A DNA stretch of 63,843 nucleotides from Sulfurovum sp. (lineage in GTDB: Bacteria; Campylobacterota; Campylobacteria; Campylobacterales; Sulfurovaceae). Where the stretch lies: the NCBI GenBank assembly GCA_965657515.1, contig CBFHPE010000001.1:1-63843 (forward strand). The letters run 5' to 3'. The translations under genes and the position numbers were made by a program. The notes beneath the pieces are model-generated. The model did no database searches. It saw only the letters and a list, made by a program, of their open reading frames with translations, and was not told the origin of the DNA. This document shows, piece by piece, positions 12,176 through 20,932 of this stretch (positions are counted from its first letter, which is position 1; each line of letters starts with the position of its first letter).

Positions 12176-12224
12176 AGAATAGTAAAAGAGTTAATATAAG
12201 TGAGAAAAGAAGTAATTCATACTG

Positions 12225-12255
12225 TTCTCGTCCAGCAGTTTAGGACGAGAAGTTT
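12225..12255. terminator. Hairpin between convergent genes (likely bidirectional terminator)
   Basis: TTCTCGTCC-N9-GGACGAGAA perfect 9-bp stem, followed by GTTTT on the + strand. Confidence 0.6.
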
Positions 12256-12263
12256 TCGAGTTA

Positions 12264-12404
12264 TTATTTTCCCTCGTTCTCTGGGCTATGATCATCAACT
12301 TTTTTTTCTTCATCTGCCGCTTTTTTTGAAAACATATCTACATCAAGAAAAATCGCTCCAACAACTCCAATAACTATACCAATACCAATATATACAATTT
12401 CCAT
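12264..12404 (-). CDS. Small 46-aa single-pass membrane protein (absent from the ORF track)
   Basis: Translated by hand: MEIVYIGIGIVIGVVGAIFLDVDMFSKKAADEEKKVDDHSPENEGK. AAGGA Shine-Dalgarno upstream, tandem TAA TAA stops and a hairpin downstream. Confidence 0.7.
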   Translation of the reverse strand: MEIVYIGIGIVIGVVGAIFLDVDMFSKKAADEEKKVDDHSPENEGK

Positions 12405-12597
12405 AATTATCCTTACTAATTTAATACATAAACTCTAAAGCTTATATATTAGTATAACATAAATTTCAACTCACAAGTTCAAAAATCCAAACTTAATTCT
12501 ATTTTTTCAAACTTATATTTTTTTTACTTTTTTATTATAACTACTAAGATTAGTAGGAGTATACTATAGGTATATACATAGTAAAAGGATAATATGA

Positions 12598-14232
12598 ATG
12601 GAAATGATACAAGTAGCAAAAAAAATGGAAAAAGAGGCAATAAAAAGTAGTGGAATAGACTTTATAAGGCTTGGTTTTGCACTCTTTTTTATGGTAGCGG
12701 TATTAACCTATAGTTTTTTAAGTACAGGTTCTATACCTAATAATATGTTTTTAGCTATTGCAGCACTTTTTGGTGCTTATATGGCTATGAACATTGGTGC
12801 AAATGATGTTGCAAACAATGTAGGTCCGGCTGTTGGTTCAAAAGCACTTACTATGGGTGGGGCTATTGTTATCGCAGCTATTTTTGAAGCCAGTGGTGCA
12901 TTCATTGCAGGTGGGGATGTTGTAAAAACGATTAAAAAGGGTATTATCGATATAAATGCTTTTGGCGGTGATGTTGATCCCTTCATATGGGCAATGATGG
13001 CTGCACTCTTAGCTGCTGCATTATGGCTAAACTTTGCGACAATGATGAAAGCACCTGTTTCTACCACTCACTCAATTGTGGGAGGAGTTATGGGTGCAGG
13101 TATTGCTGCAGCAGGGTTTACAATTGTATCCTGGGGAACTATGGGTAAGATAGCTGCTTCATGGGTTATATCACCAGTACTTGGCGGGATCATTGCAGCA
13201 ACGTTTTTATTTGCCATTAAAAAATCGATGGTCTTTAAAGATGATAAAATCACAGCGGCAAAAACATGGGTACCTATTTTTGTAGCTATTATGTCTTGGG
13301 CATTTGTAACATATTTAACACTGAAAGGTCTTAAAAAAGTATGGCCTTCAATCGTAGATGTTTTAGTATTTCTTCCAGATGCGAAAAAACCTTCTTTCCT
13401 GATAGCCGCCATCTTCGGGGTGATCATTGCAGGAATTGTATATATGATCGTGAAGAAAACTGTTGCTAAAAGAGCGAGTAATCTCGAGAATACAAGAGAG
13501 TCTATTAACCTCTTATTTACAGTGCCGCTCATTTTTGCAGCAGCACTTTTAAGTTTTGCACATGGTGCAAATGATGTTGCAAATGCCATCGGACCATTAG
13601 CAGCGATCAATGATGCTGTTGTCACTGGAGGTATATCAGCAAAAGCTGGTATTCCTTTATGGGTTATGGGTGTAGGTGCAATTGGTATTGCTCTTGGCCT
13701 TGCCCTTTATGGTCCAAAATTAATCCGGACAGTAGGTAGTGAGATCACTGAACTAGATCAAATGAGAGCATTCTCAGTTGCAATGGCTGCTTCTATCACT
13801 GTTATTATCGCTTCACAATTAGGACTTCCTGTATCTTCTACACACATTGCAGTGGGTGGTATCTTTGGTGTAGGTTTTTTAAGAGAGTACCTTGCATCAA
13901 CGGGTCAAGAAGAAATTATCGAGCAAGAGCAAACAAGTATTGAAGATGAGAAAAAAGTCTTAAAAGCATATAATAGTGAACTTTCATCATTAGAAGAGAA
14001 AAGTAAAAAAACAAAAGCAGACTATGAAAGAATTGTTGATCTTTATAAACTTATTGATGAAGAAGAAGCAAAAATAAAAGCATCTAAAAAGCATATTAAG
14101 AGTGTTGAAAAAGTCAAATATGTAAAAAGAGATGCAGTGAAAAAAATTATCGCAGCATGGGTTATTACAGTACCTGCAGCCGCTGTACTTTCAGCTGTCA
14201 TATTCTTTATGATCAGAGGAATAGTAATTTAA
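12598..14232 (+). CDS. PiT family inorganic phosphate transporter
   Basis: Two GANDVAN signature repeats and PVSTTH/PVSSTH motifs; many TM segments. Confidence 0.93.
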   Translation: MEMIQVAKKMEKEAIKSSGIDFIRLGFALFFMVAVLTYSFLSTGSIPNNMFLAIAALFGAYMAMNIGANDVANNVGPAVGSKALTMGGAIVIAAIFEASGAFIAGGDVVKTIKKGIIDINAFGGDVDPFIWAMMAALLAAALWLNFATMMKAPVSTTHSIVGGVMGAGIAAAGFTIVSWGTMGKIAASWVISPVLGGIIAATFLFAIKKSMVFKDDKITAAKTWVPIFVAIMSWAFVTYLTLKGLKKVWPSIVDVLVFLPDAKKPSFLIAAIFGVIIAGIVYMIVKKTVAKRASNLENTRESINLLFTVPLIFAAALLSFAHGANDVANAIGPLAAINDAVVTGGISAKAGIPLWVMGVGAIGIALGLALYGPKLIRTVGSEITELDQMRAFSVAMAASITVIIASQLGLPVSSTHIAVGGIFGVGFLREYLASTGQEEIIEQEQTSIEDEKKVLKAYNSELSSLEEKSKKTKADYERIVDLYKLIDEEEAKIKASKKHIKSVEKVKYVKRDAVKKIIAAWVITVPAAAVLSAVIFFMIRGIVI

Positions 14233-14272
14233 TGAAGAATCGACTTAGAAAATATATGAGAGGTAATATTAA

Positions 14273-16090
14273 GTGTTAAGAAAAATATTATTACCTACTA
14301 TTTTGGTAATTCTGGCTTATGGATTTTGGATAAGCCCGGATTTTAAAGTCATAGCAGCTGGTGTTTCTATCTTCTTATTTGGGATGCTCTCTCTTGAGGA
14401 AGGATTTAAAGCCTTTTCAGGAGGTACTTTGGAGAAGATATTGCAAAAGTCTACAGATAAACTCTATAAAAGTGTTGGATTTGGTGTCTTAACCACCACT
14501 ATCATGCAGTCGAGTTCCTTAGTGTCTGTTCTTACTATCTCATTTCTAGGTGCGGGACTTATCGGTCTTGCACAAGGTATAGGGATCGTGTTTGGAGCAA
14601 ATATTGGAACAACAACAGGTGCATGGCTTGTTGCAGGGCTTGGACTAAAAGTAAAGATATCTGCCTATGCCATGCCTATGCTTGTCTTTGGTGTGATACT
14701 CATCTTTCAAAAATCTAAATCACTCAAAGGGCTGGGATATGTGCTTGCAGGATTAGGATTCCTATTTTTAGGGATCCACTATATGAAAGACGGGTTTGAA
14801 GCATTTAAAGATACTATAGATCTAGCTAGTTATGCAGTAACGGGCTATAAAGGACTATTTATATTTACCGGTATCGGTATCTTTGCAACAGTTGTGATGC
14901 AGTCATCACATGCTACCCTCGTCTTGATCATCACAGCACTTGCTGCAGGTCAGATCAGTTATGAGAATGCTTTGGCATTAGCGATCGGGGCCAATATCGG
15001 TACAACCATCACTGCCATACTTGGTGCAATGAGTTCCAATATTGTTGGGAAACAATTAGCTGGTGCACACTTGATCTTCAATGGAGTAACCGGACTTATA
15101 GCCATTATATTTATTCATCAGCTTATGTATTCAGTAGAATGGATCAGTGCCCATGTTGGGATAGCAGATGATGACTATGCTCTAAAACTTGCTGTTTTCC
15201 ATACGATATTTAATGTGATCGGTGTACTTGTCATGGTACCTTTTATCAATAAACTTGTGATCTTCCTTGAGTCTGTACTTAAAACTGACAGTTCAACATC
15301 AAATACAGGATATGATAGTGCACAATATCTTAATGATTCCGTTCTTGAACTTCCATCAACCTCTATGGCAGCCATCATTAGAGAGACAAAGCACCTCTAT
15401 GAAAATGCCTTTGAGATCATCACACATGGTTTAAATTTAAAACGAAGTAATATCATATCCGAAATGCCTCTAGATGCAGTAGTTAAAGATCCATATAGTA
15501 CAAGTGCCATCAATATAGATGAATTTTATAACCATAAAATAAAAGGTATCTATGGTGAGATCATAGACTTTTCAACAAGAGCACAATCTGATATGTCTCC
15601 CAAAGATATAGAAGTACTTTATAAACTTAAACTTGCAAATAGAGACTTGGTAGAAGCAGTGAAAGATACGAAACATTTGCAAAAAAACTTAGTTAAGTAC
15701 TCTAAAAGTACCAATACCCATATAAAAGAACAATATGATCTTATGAGACAAGGCCTTGCTGAACTTTTAAGAGACATTAACACTGTAGCAACGACAGATG
15801 AAGAAGATCTCATTTTACTGCTTCTTAGTAAATCTAAAGTACATACAGAAAAATACGATATCATAACTAATGGAACACTTGATAATCTTATCAGAGATGA
15901 ACTGATCACTCCTGAGATGGCAACTTCACTTATGAATGATAGTGCATATGCCTATGATATTAGTAAAAACCTCATCGCAATGGCAGAAATTACATTTACT
16001 GATAGAAGTAGCAATACACCAAGCTTAAATGAAGAGATGGCAATGGATGACGATGAAATTAAAGTAATTTTGGAAAAAAAGGATAATTAA
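14273..16090 (+). CDS. Na/Pi cotransporter (NptA/YjbB-like) with helical PhoU-like C-terminus
   Basis: QSSS...GANIGTT and QSSH...GANIGTT repeats; soluble helical C-terminal part. Confidence 0.9.
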   Translation: MLRKILLPTILVILAYGFWISPDFKVIAAGVSIFLFGMLSLEEGFKAFSGGTLEKILQKSTDKLYKSVGFGVLTTTIMQSSSLVSVLTISFLGAGLIGLAQGIGIVFGANIGTTTGAWLVAGLGLKVKISAYAMPMLVFGVILIFQKSKSLKGLGYVLAGLGFLFLGIHYMKDGFEAFKDTIDLASYAVTGYKGLFIFTGIGIFATVVMQSSHATLVLIITALAAGQISYENALALAIGANIGTTITAILGAMSSNIVGKQLAGAHLIFNGVTGLIAIIFIHQLMYSVEWISAHVGIADDDYALKLAVFHTIFNVIGVLVMVPFINKLVIFLESVLKTDSSTSNTGYDSAQYLNDSVLELPSTSMAAIIRETKHLYENAFEIITHGLNLKRSNIISEMPLDAVVKDPYSTSAINIDEFYNHKIKGIYGEIIDFSTRAQSDMSPKDIEVLYKLKLANRDLVEAVKDTKHLQKNLVKYSKSTNTHIKEQYDLMRQGLAELLRDINTVATTDEEDLILLLLSKSKVHTEKYDIITNGTLDNLIRDELITPEMATSLMNDSAYAYDISKNLIAMAEITFTDRSSNTPSLNEEMAMDDDEIKVILEKKDN

Positions 16091-16356
16091 TGGGTATTAA
16101 AAAGTTTATTAAGAAAGTAAAATCCACACTAGGATTAAATGATTATGAGATCGAGGGTAAAAAGAAATCACTCAAAGATCTTATTAAGAAGTTAAATAGT
16201 AGAAAAAAAAGCATTAATAAATCGTTAGAAACTGCAAATAAAAAGAAGAAGAAAGAGCTTGAAGAAGAACTAGAGATCGTTACTTACCAAATAAAAAAAG
16301 GTAAAAAGATCCTCCATAATCTCTATGCTGAAAATAAACCAAATAAATCAAAATAA
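16090..16356 (+). CDS. Lysine-rich hypothetical protein
   Basis: 88 aa with 26 Lys. Start overlaps the upstream stop (TAATG), with an AAGGA Shine-Dalgarno. Confidence 0.75.
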   Translation: MGIKKFIKKVKSTLGLNDYEIEGKKKSLKDLIKKLNSRKKSINKSLETANKKKKKELEEELEIVTYQIKKGKKILHNLYAENKPNKSK

Positions 16357-16368
16357 AAAGGAAAATAA

Positions 16369-17259
16369 ATGACAGAAAACAATACAGTAGAAATAGATGG
16401 TAATACAATTCCACTCGATGAGTTGATAAATGCATATAAAGAATCACAGACAAATAAAAGTTCTGATAGCAAAGCATCAACAAAAAGAAAAAATGAACAG
16501 GCCTTAAAACCTTACCAGGCTGAACTTATCAAACTTCAACGACATATTGAAGATACAAATCAAAAAATGATCATACTTTTTGAGGGGAGAGATGCTGCCG
16601 GTAAAGGTGGAACTATCAGAAGAGTTACAAGGTATATGAATGAGAAACATTATCGTGTCGTTGCTCTTGGTAAACCTACAGAAGAGCAAAAAACACAATG
16701 GTTTTATCAAAAGTACATTCAACATTTTCCAAGAGGTGGAGAAATAGTACTTTTTGATAGAAGTTGGTATAACAGAGCTATGGTAGAGTCTGTTTTTGGT
16801 TTTTGTACCCAAAAAGAGTATGATGACTTCATGAAGGGTGTTAAAGGCTTTGAAAAAGATCTTACACGCCAAGGTATCATACTTGTTAAACTTTATTACT
16901 CTGTAACCAAAGATGAACAAGCTAGAAGATTTGAACGAAGAAAAACAGATCCTCTTAGACAATGGAAACTAAGTGAAATTGATGTACAGGCTCAAGACAG
17001 ATGGGATGACTTTACAGAAACAAAATATAATATGATCAAACAGACCCACTCTCATAATGCACCATGGACCGTTATACGATCAAATGATAAGCAACAGGCA
17101 AGACTTGAGTCACTTAAAGTGATCTTGAATTCAGTCAATTACAATGACAGAGATGAGAACCTAGATTACTCACTTAATCCAGAGATCGTGATCTCTGGGG
17201 CAAGAGAGATTGAGATCATGGAAGCGCAAAGAACAAGCGGTGGTAAATTTATAGGTTAA
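16369..17259 (+). CDS. ppk2: Polyphosphate kinase 2
   Basis: FEGRDAAGKGGTI, WFYQKY, FDRSWYNRA and DPLRQWKLS. Confidence 0.95.
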   Translation: MTENNTVEIDGNTIPLDELINAYKESQTNKSSDSKASTKRKNEQALKPYQAELIKLQRHIEDTNQKMIILFEGRDAAGKGGTIRRVTRYMNEKHYRVVALGKPTEEQKTQWFYQKYIQHFPRGGEIVLFDRSWYNRAMVESVFGFCTQKEYDDFMKGVKGFEKDLTRQGIILVKLYYSVTKDEQARRFERRKTDPLRQWKLSEIDVQAQDRWDDFTETKYNMIKQTHSHNAPWTVIRSNDKQQARLESLKVILNSVNYNDRDENLDYSLNPEIVISGAREIEIMEAQRTSGGKFIG

Positions 17260-17281
17260 TCCTCATATAAAAAGGGAAAAA

Positions 17282-18115
17282 ATGGAAAAGAAGAAAACAG
17301 TGAACAAGAATAAAGACAAAGTTCAAGTTTGGATAAAAAAAGAGACCCTGCAATACGAAAAAGAATTGAAGAGACTTCAAGTTGAACTTCTAAAGTTTCA
17401 AAACCATGTAAAAGACAAAGGTTTGAAGATCTTAATGATATTTGAAGGTAGGGATGCTGCAGGAAAAGGTGGTACTATCAAAAGGATCACTGAACACCTA
17501 AATCCTAGGGGTGCAAGAGTTGTTGCTCTTGAGAAGCCTAATAACAAAGAAACCACTCAATGGTACTTTCAAAGATACGCTAAACACCTACCAAGTGCTG
17601 GTGAGATCGTTCTTTTTGACAGAAGCTGGTATAACAGATCTATGGTTGAGCCTGTAATGGGTTTTTGTACCGAGAGACAACACCATAAGTTTTTAAAAGA
17701 TGCACCAGAGTTTGAACAAATGATCGTAGATGAAGATATCCAAATGTTTAAATTTTATTTTTCTGTCTCTAAAGAAGAACAGGCAAGAAGATTTAAAGCC
17801 AGAGAAACTGATCCTCTCAAACAATACAAACTGTCACCTGTAGATAAAGAATCTCAAAGATTGTGGAATGAATATTCACTTGCTAAATTTATGATGTTAA
17901 GCGCTACCCATACAAAAGCAGCACCTTGGACAATTGTTAAAAGTGACAATAAGAAAAAGGCCAGAATAAACTGTATAAAACATATTTTGAGTTTTGTTGA
18001 TTATCCAGATAAAATCAAAGATAAAGCTATTGAAGTAGATCCTGATATTATTGTTTATGGAAGAGATGAAGCCATCACTATGGAAAAAAGATTTAAGTCC
18101 TCACTACAGCAATAA
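17282..18115 (+). CDS. ppk2: Polyphosphate kinase 2 (second copy)
   Basis: FEGRDAAGKGGTIKR, LNPRGARVVAL, FDRSWYNR and DPLKQYKLSP. Confidence 0.95.
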   Translation: MEKKKTVNKNKDKVQVWIKKETLQYEKELKRLQVELLKFQNHVKDKGLKILMIFEGRDAAGKGGTIKRITEHLNPRGARVVALEKPNNKETTQWYFQRYAKHLPSAGEIVLFDRSWYNRSMVEPVMGFCTERQHHKFLKDAPEFEQMIVDEDIQMFKFYFSVSKEEQARRFKARETDPLKQYKLSPVDKESQRLWNEYSLAKFMMLSATHTKAAPWTIVKSDNKKKARINCIKHILSFVDYPDKIKDKAIEVDPDIIVYGRDEAITMEKRFKSSLQQ

Positions 18116-18129
18116 AATTTATGTATACT

Positions 18130-18157
18130 AAAGAGATCCTCCTATAAGGATCTCTTT
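18130..18157. terminator. Bidirectional terminator between ppk2 and the antiporter
   Basis: AAAGAGATCCT-CCTATA-AGGATCTCTTT perfect 11-bp stem between convergent genes. Confidence 0.75.
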
Positions 18158-18172
18158 GATCACCCCAATAGC

Positions 18173-19384
18173 TTATAGCAAAACATCCTCTTTCTCATAT
18201 TTAAAAAGCCATTTAAGTAAAAATGGCGGTACAAGCGTAGTGACTATAATAACAAAAATGAGAACAGCATAAATTTCATTATCTAAAATACCATTTACCC
18301 GACCTACTTCAGCAAATATCAACCCTACCTCTCCACGAGGTATCATAGAGATACCTATCAATGCTTTCTTTAAAGCACTGGTATTTTTAAGTAAAAGAGC
18401 TCCGATATATTTTCCGATAATAGCTATAACCAGAAATACAAGTGCTAAAGACCAAAAGTGCATTGAGGTAAAATCTATCACCCTTAAGTTCATAGAGAGT
18501 CCAACCATTACAAAAAATATAGGGGTAAACATCTGCGCTATGGGACGGATGGATTTTTTTACTTTCTCTAAAAAGCACTCATCATTTCTCAAGCCCATAC
18601 CAAAAGGCAAGATAAACCGCCGTGACAGTGCTATACCCGCAGCAAAAGAACCTAAAATTTCAGGTGCCCCAACAAGGTGCGAAAGATATGCAAAAAGAGA
18701 AATAAGAGAAATAATGACTGTAGGGATCAAACCTGGGATTTTTTTGTTTTCATCACATTTTTTCATAAAATGAGAAAGAAGGTTCGCAACAATAGGAGCC
18801 AAGATAAGAAATATCAAAATAAAGAACGTAGTGTTTAACGTATTGGTCATACTTAACTCTTGTGAAGTTGCAAAATCATAGATAAATACAAGAACAATGA
18901 CACCTATGATATCATCAATAACAGCTGCCCCTATGACTATCTGTGCAACATGACTATGTTGTTTTTGAAGGTCTTTTAAAACCCTCATTGTAATCCCTAT
19001 ACTTGTGGCTGTCATTGTTCCACCAATAAAAAGAGAAACAACCAAAGTAAGATCAAATACATAATAAGCGACCAATGATGAGACACCAAAAGGAAATATA
19101 GCACCCATCAATGCAACAACGATAGATTTTGTTCCTGCATCTTTAAGCTTTTGAATATCCGTCTCTAAACCTATTTCAAAGAGTAAAAGCAAAATACCGA
19201 TCTCAGCAAGGACCTTAAGTACATCGTTTACTTCAATGATACCCAGACCTGAAATACCAAGAAGGATACCTGCACTCAATTCACCCAATACAGAAGGAAT
19301 ACCCATACGGGCAAATACCTCTCCCAGGATTCTGGCAGATACCAAAATTAAAAAAAGTATTAGAAAAAAATTATGTACATCCAT
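18173..19384 (-). CDS. Cation:proton antiporter (CPA2/NapA-like)
   Basis: LLFEIGLE, ATSIGIT, AAVIDD, PIFFV and PRGEVGLI; about 12 TM segments. Confidence 0.9.
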   Translation of the reverse strand: MDVHNFFLILFLILVSARILGEVFARMGIPSVLGELSAGILLGISGLGIIEVNDVLKVLAEIGILLLLFEIGLETDIQKLKDAGTKSIVVALMGAIFPFGVSSLVAYYVFDLTLVVSLFIGGTMTATSIGITMRVLKDLQKQHSHVAQIVIGAAVIDDIIGVIVLVFIYDFATSQELSMTNTLNTTFFILIFLILAPIVANLLSHFMKKCDENKKIPGLIPTVIISLISLFAYLSHLVGAPEILGSFAAGIALSRRFILPFGMGLRNDECFLEKVKKSIRPIAQMFTPIFFVMVGLSMNLRVIDFTSMHFWSLALVFLVIAIIGKYIGALLLKNTSALKKALIGISMIPRGEVGLIFAEVGRVNGILDNEIYAVLIFVIIVTTLVPPFLLKWLFKYEKEDVLL

Positions 19385-19451
19385 ATTTTATTGTACATAA
19401 AATCATTTAAGATTCAAACACCATGTAAACAATTCTTTTGGATATCCTAGG

Positions 19452-20798
19452 CTATAGGCTTTCTGGCATCACACTTGAGATCTTTTTTTCACCAACGATA
19501 GTGATAAGTTCAGCACTTTCAACTATTTCTTGTTCTATCAGCTTTAATGCCAAAGTTTCTATCTTATCCCAATGTTCCTCAACCAATTTTTCCGTATGCT
19601 GTTTTGCAACATCCATCCAATGTAAAAATCTTTTTTCTATTTGCTGTTCCATAAAATAATTATCTAAGGTATTGATCATATTGAGATTAATATATCCCAG
19701 TTCTTTATCCATCCCAAGGGTTGTGATGGCAGCATAAACTTGCAATGAAGCTTGAGAAAGATCATTAGATGCCCCACTGTCCATATAAGCATTACCCATT
19801 TTCTTGACTCTGGATACACGACCTGAAAGCAATACACACACATCATAGAACAAATCTTTTTTACTTATGTTAGACAACTGATCTTCATCATTATAAGAAA
19901 CAAAACCAAGCATTTTACTTCGTGGTGCTATAGTCACCTGTTCGATCTTAATATGAGGTAAAAGTAATACAGATAGCACAGCATGTGCAGCTTCATGAAA
20001 AGCTGTCATCTTGCGTTCTTCTTCAAGATTTTCAACCATTTTCTTTTCTATTTTATGTCCATATTTGATGATGTTGATCTGTTCAATAAGTATCTCTTCA
20101 GTAATAAACTCCTTCTCTTGTTCCACGACACTTAATGCAGCCATTCTGCCAAGCCTCTCAAGATCCAATGCACTCATTCCTGTAATATAACGTACAATGC
20201 GTTCTACATCTATTGTCGGATCATGAGGCTTCTGCATGATCTTCTCTATAAAAAAACGCCTTGCATCTTTATCTAGTTCTAATACTTCTAAGAGATAATC
20301 AAGCTTTTGAGATGAAGTGAGTACAGGGTCTACATCCTCAATGTTTTCAGCTGTAGCAACAGTAAATACCATTTCGCTTGTTGACTCCAAGACTTTGGCA
20401 ATATCTGAAAATGACACATTAGTGATAGCACCTTGCATAATTCCTTTAATATCGATATCTTCCAGGATCACTACACAGGGTGCATTTTTTGAAGCAATCT
20501 TATAGACATCTTTGATATAAGAAAGTTCAAAAAGATTAGAACCAGATATTTCCAAATAAGAAAGCTCTGCTTCTTTGACAAAAGCTTTTGCCAACATACT
20601 CTTTCCTACACTTACAGGACCATAAATAAGTAAGCCTTTAGGGACAGGTGTATCAAAACGTTCAAGCATTTCAGGATTATTTATGATTTTAATAATACCT
20701 TTTAGGCGTTCCTTGATCTGCTTATGTCCTACAATATCATCAAAACCAATTTTAGCTTTCTTTATTTTAGGCGTATCTTTTGTCTTTTTTGTTGTCAT
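19452..20798 (-). CDS. Soluble FtsH-like AAA/peptidase M41 protein with degenerate ATPase motifs
   Basis: FDDIVG, PKGLLIYGP, AFHEAAH, VTIAPR and GASNDL; no TM segment. ATG at 20798; GTG at 20801 is an alternative start. Confidence 0.82.
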   Translation of the reverse strand: MTTKKTKDTPKIKKAKIGFDDIVGHKQIKERLKGIIKIINNPEMLERFDTPVPKGLLIYGPVSVGKSMLAKAFVKEAELSYLEISGSNLFELSYIKDVYKIASKNAPCVVILEDIDIKGIMQGAITNVSFSDIAKVLESTSEMVFTVATAENIEDVDPVLTSSQKLDYLLEVLELDKDARRFFIEKIMQKPHDPTIDVERIVRYITGMSALDLERLGRMAALSVVEQEKEFITEEILIEQINIIKYGHKIEKKMVENLEEERKMTAFHEAAHAVLSVLLLPHIKIEQVTIAPRSKMLGFVSYNDEDQLSNISKKDLFYDVCVLLSGRVSRVKKMGNAYMDSGASNDLSQASLQVYAAITTLGMDKELGYINLNMINTLDNYFMEQQIEKRFLHWMDVAKQHTEKLVEEHWDKIETLALKLIEQEIVESAELITIVGEKKISSVMPESL

Positions 20799-20932
20799 CA
20801 CTAACCTTTATACACTCTCTATATTCTAATTCTAGCTATAAAATATACAAAGGTCAACATGGATAAGTCTATTCTGTATATAAATTTAGTTTGTAATATA
20901 CTGTTATAAGCAAATAACACTAAAGAGGAAAA

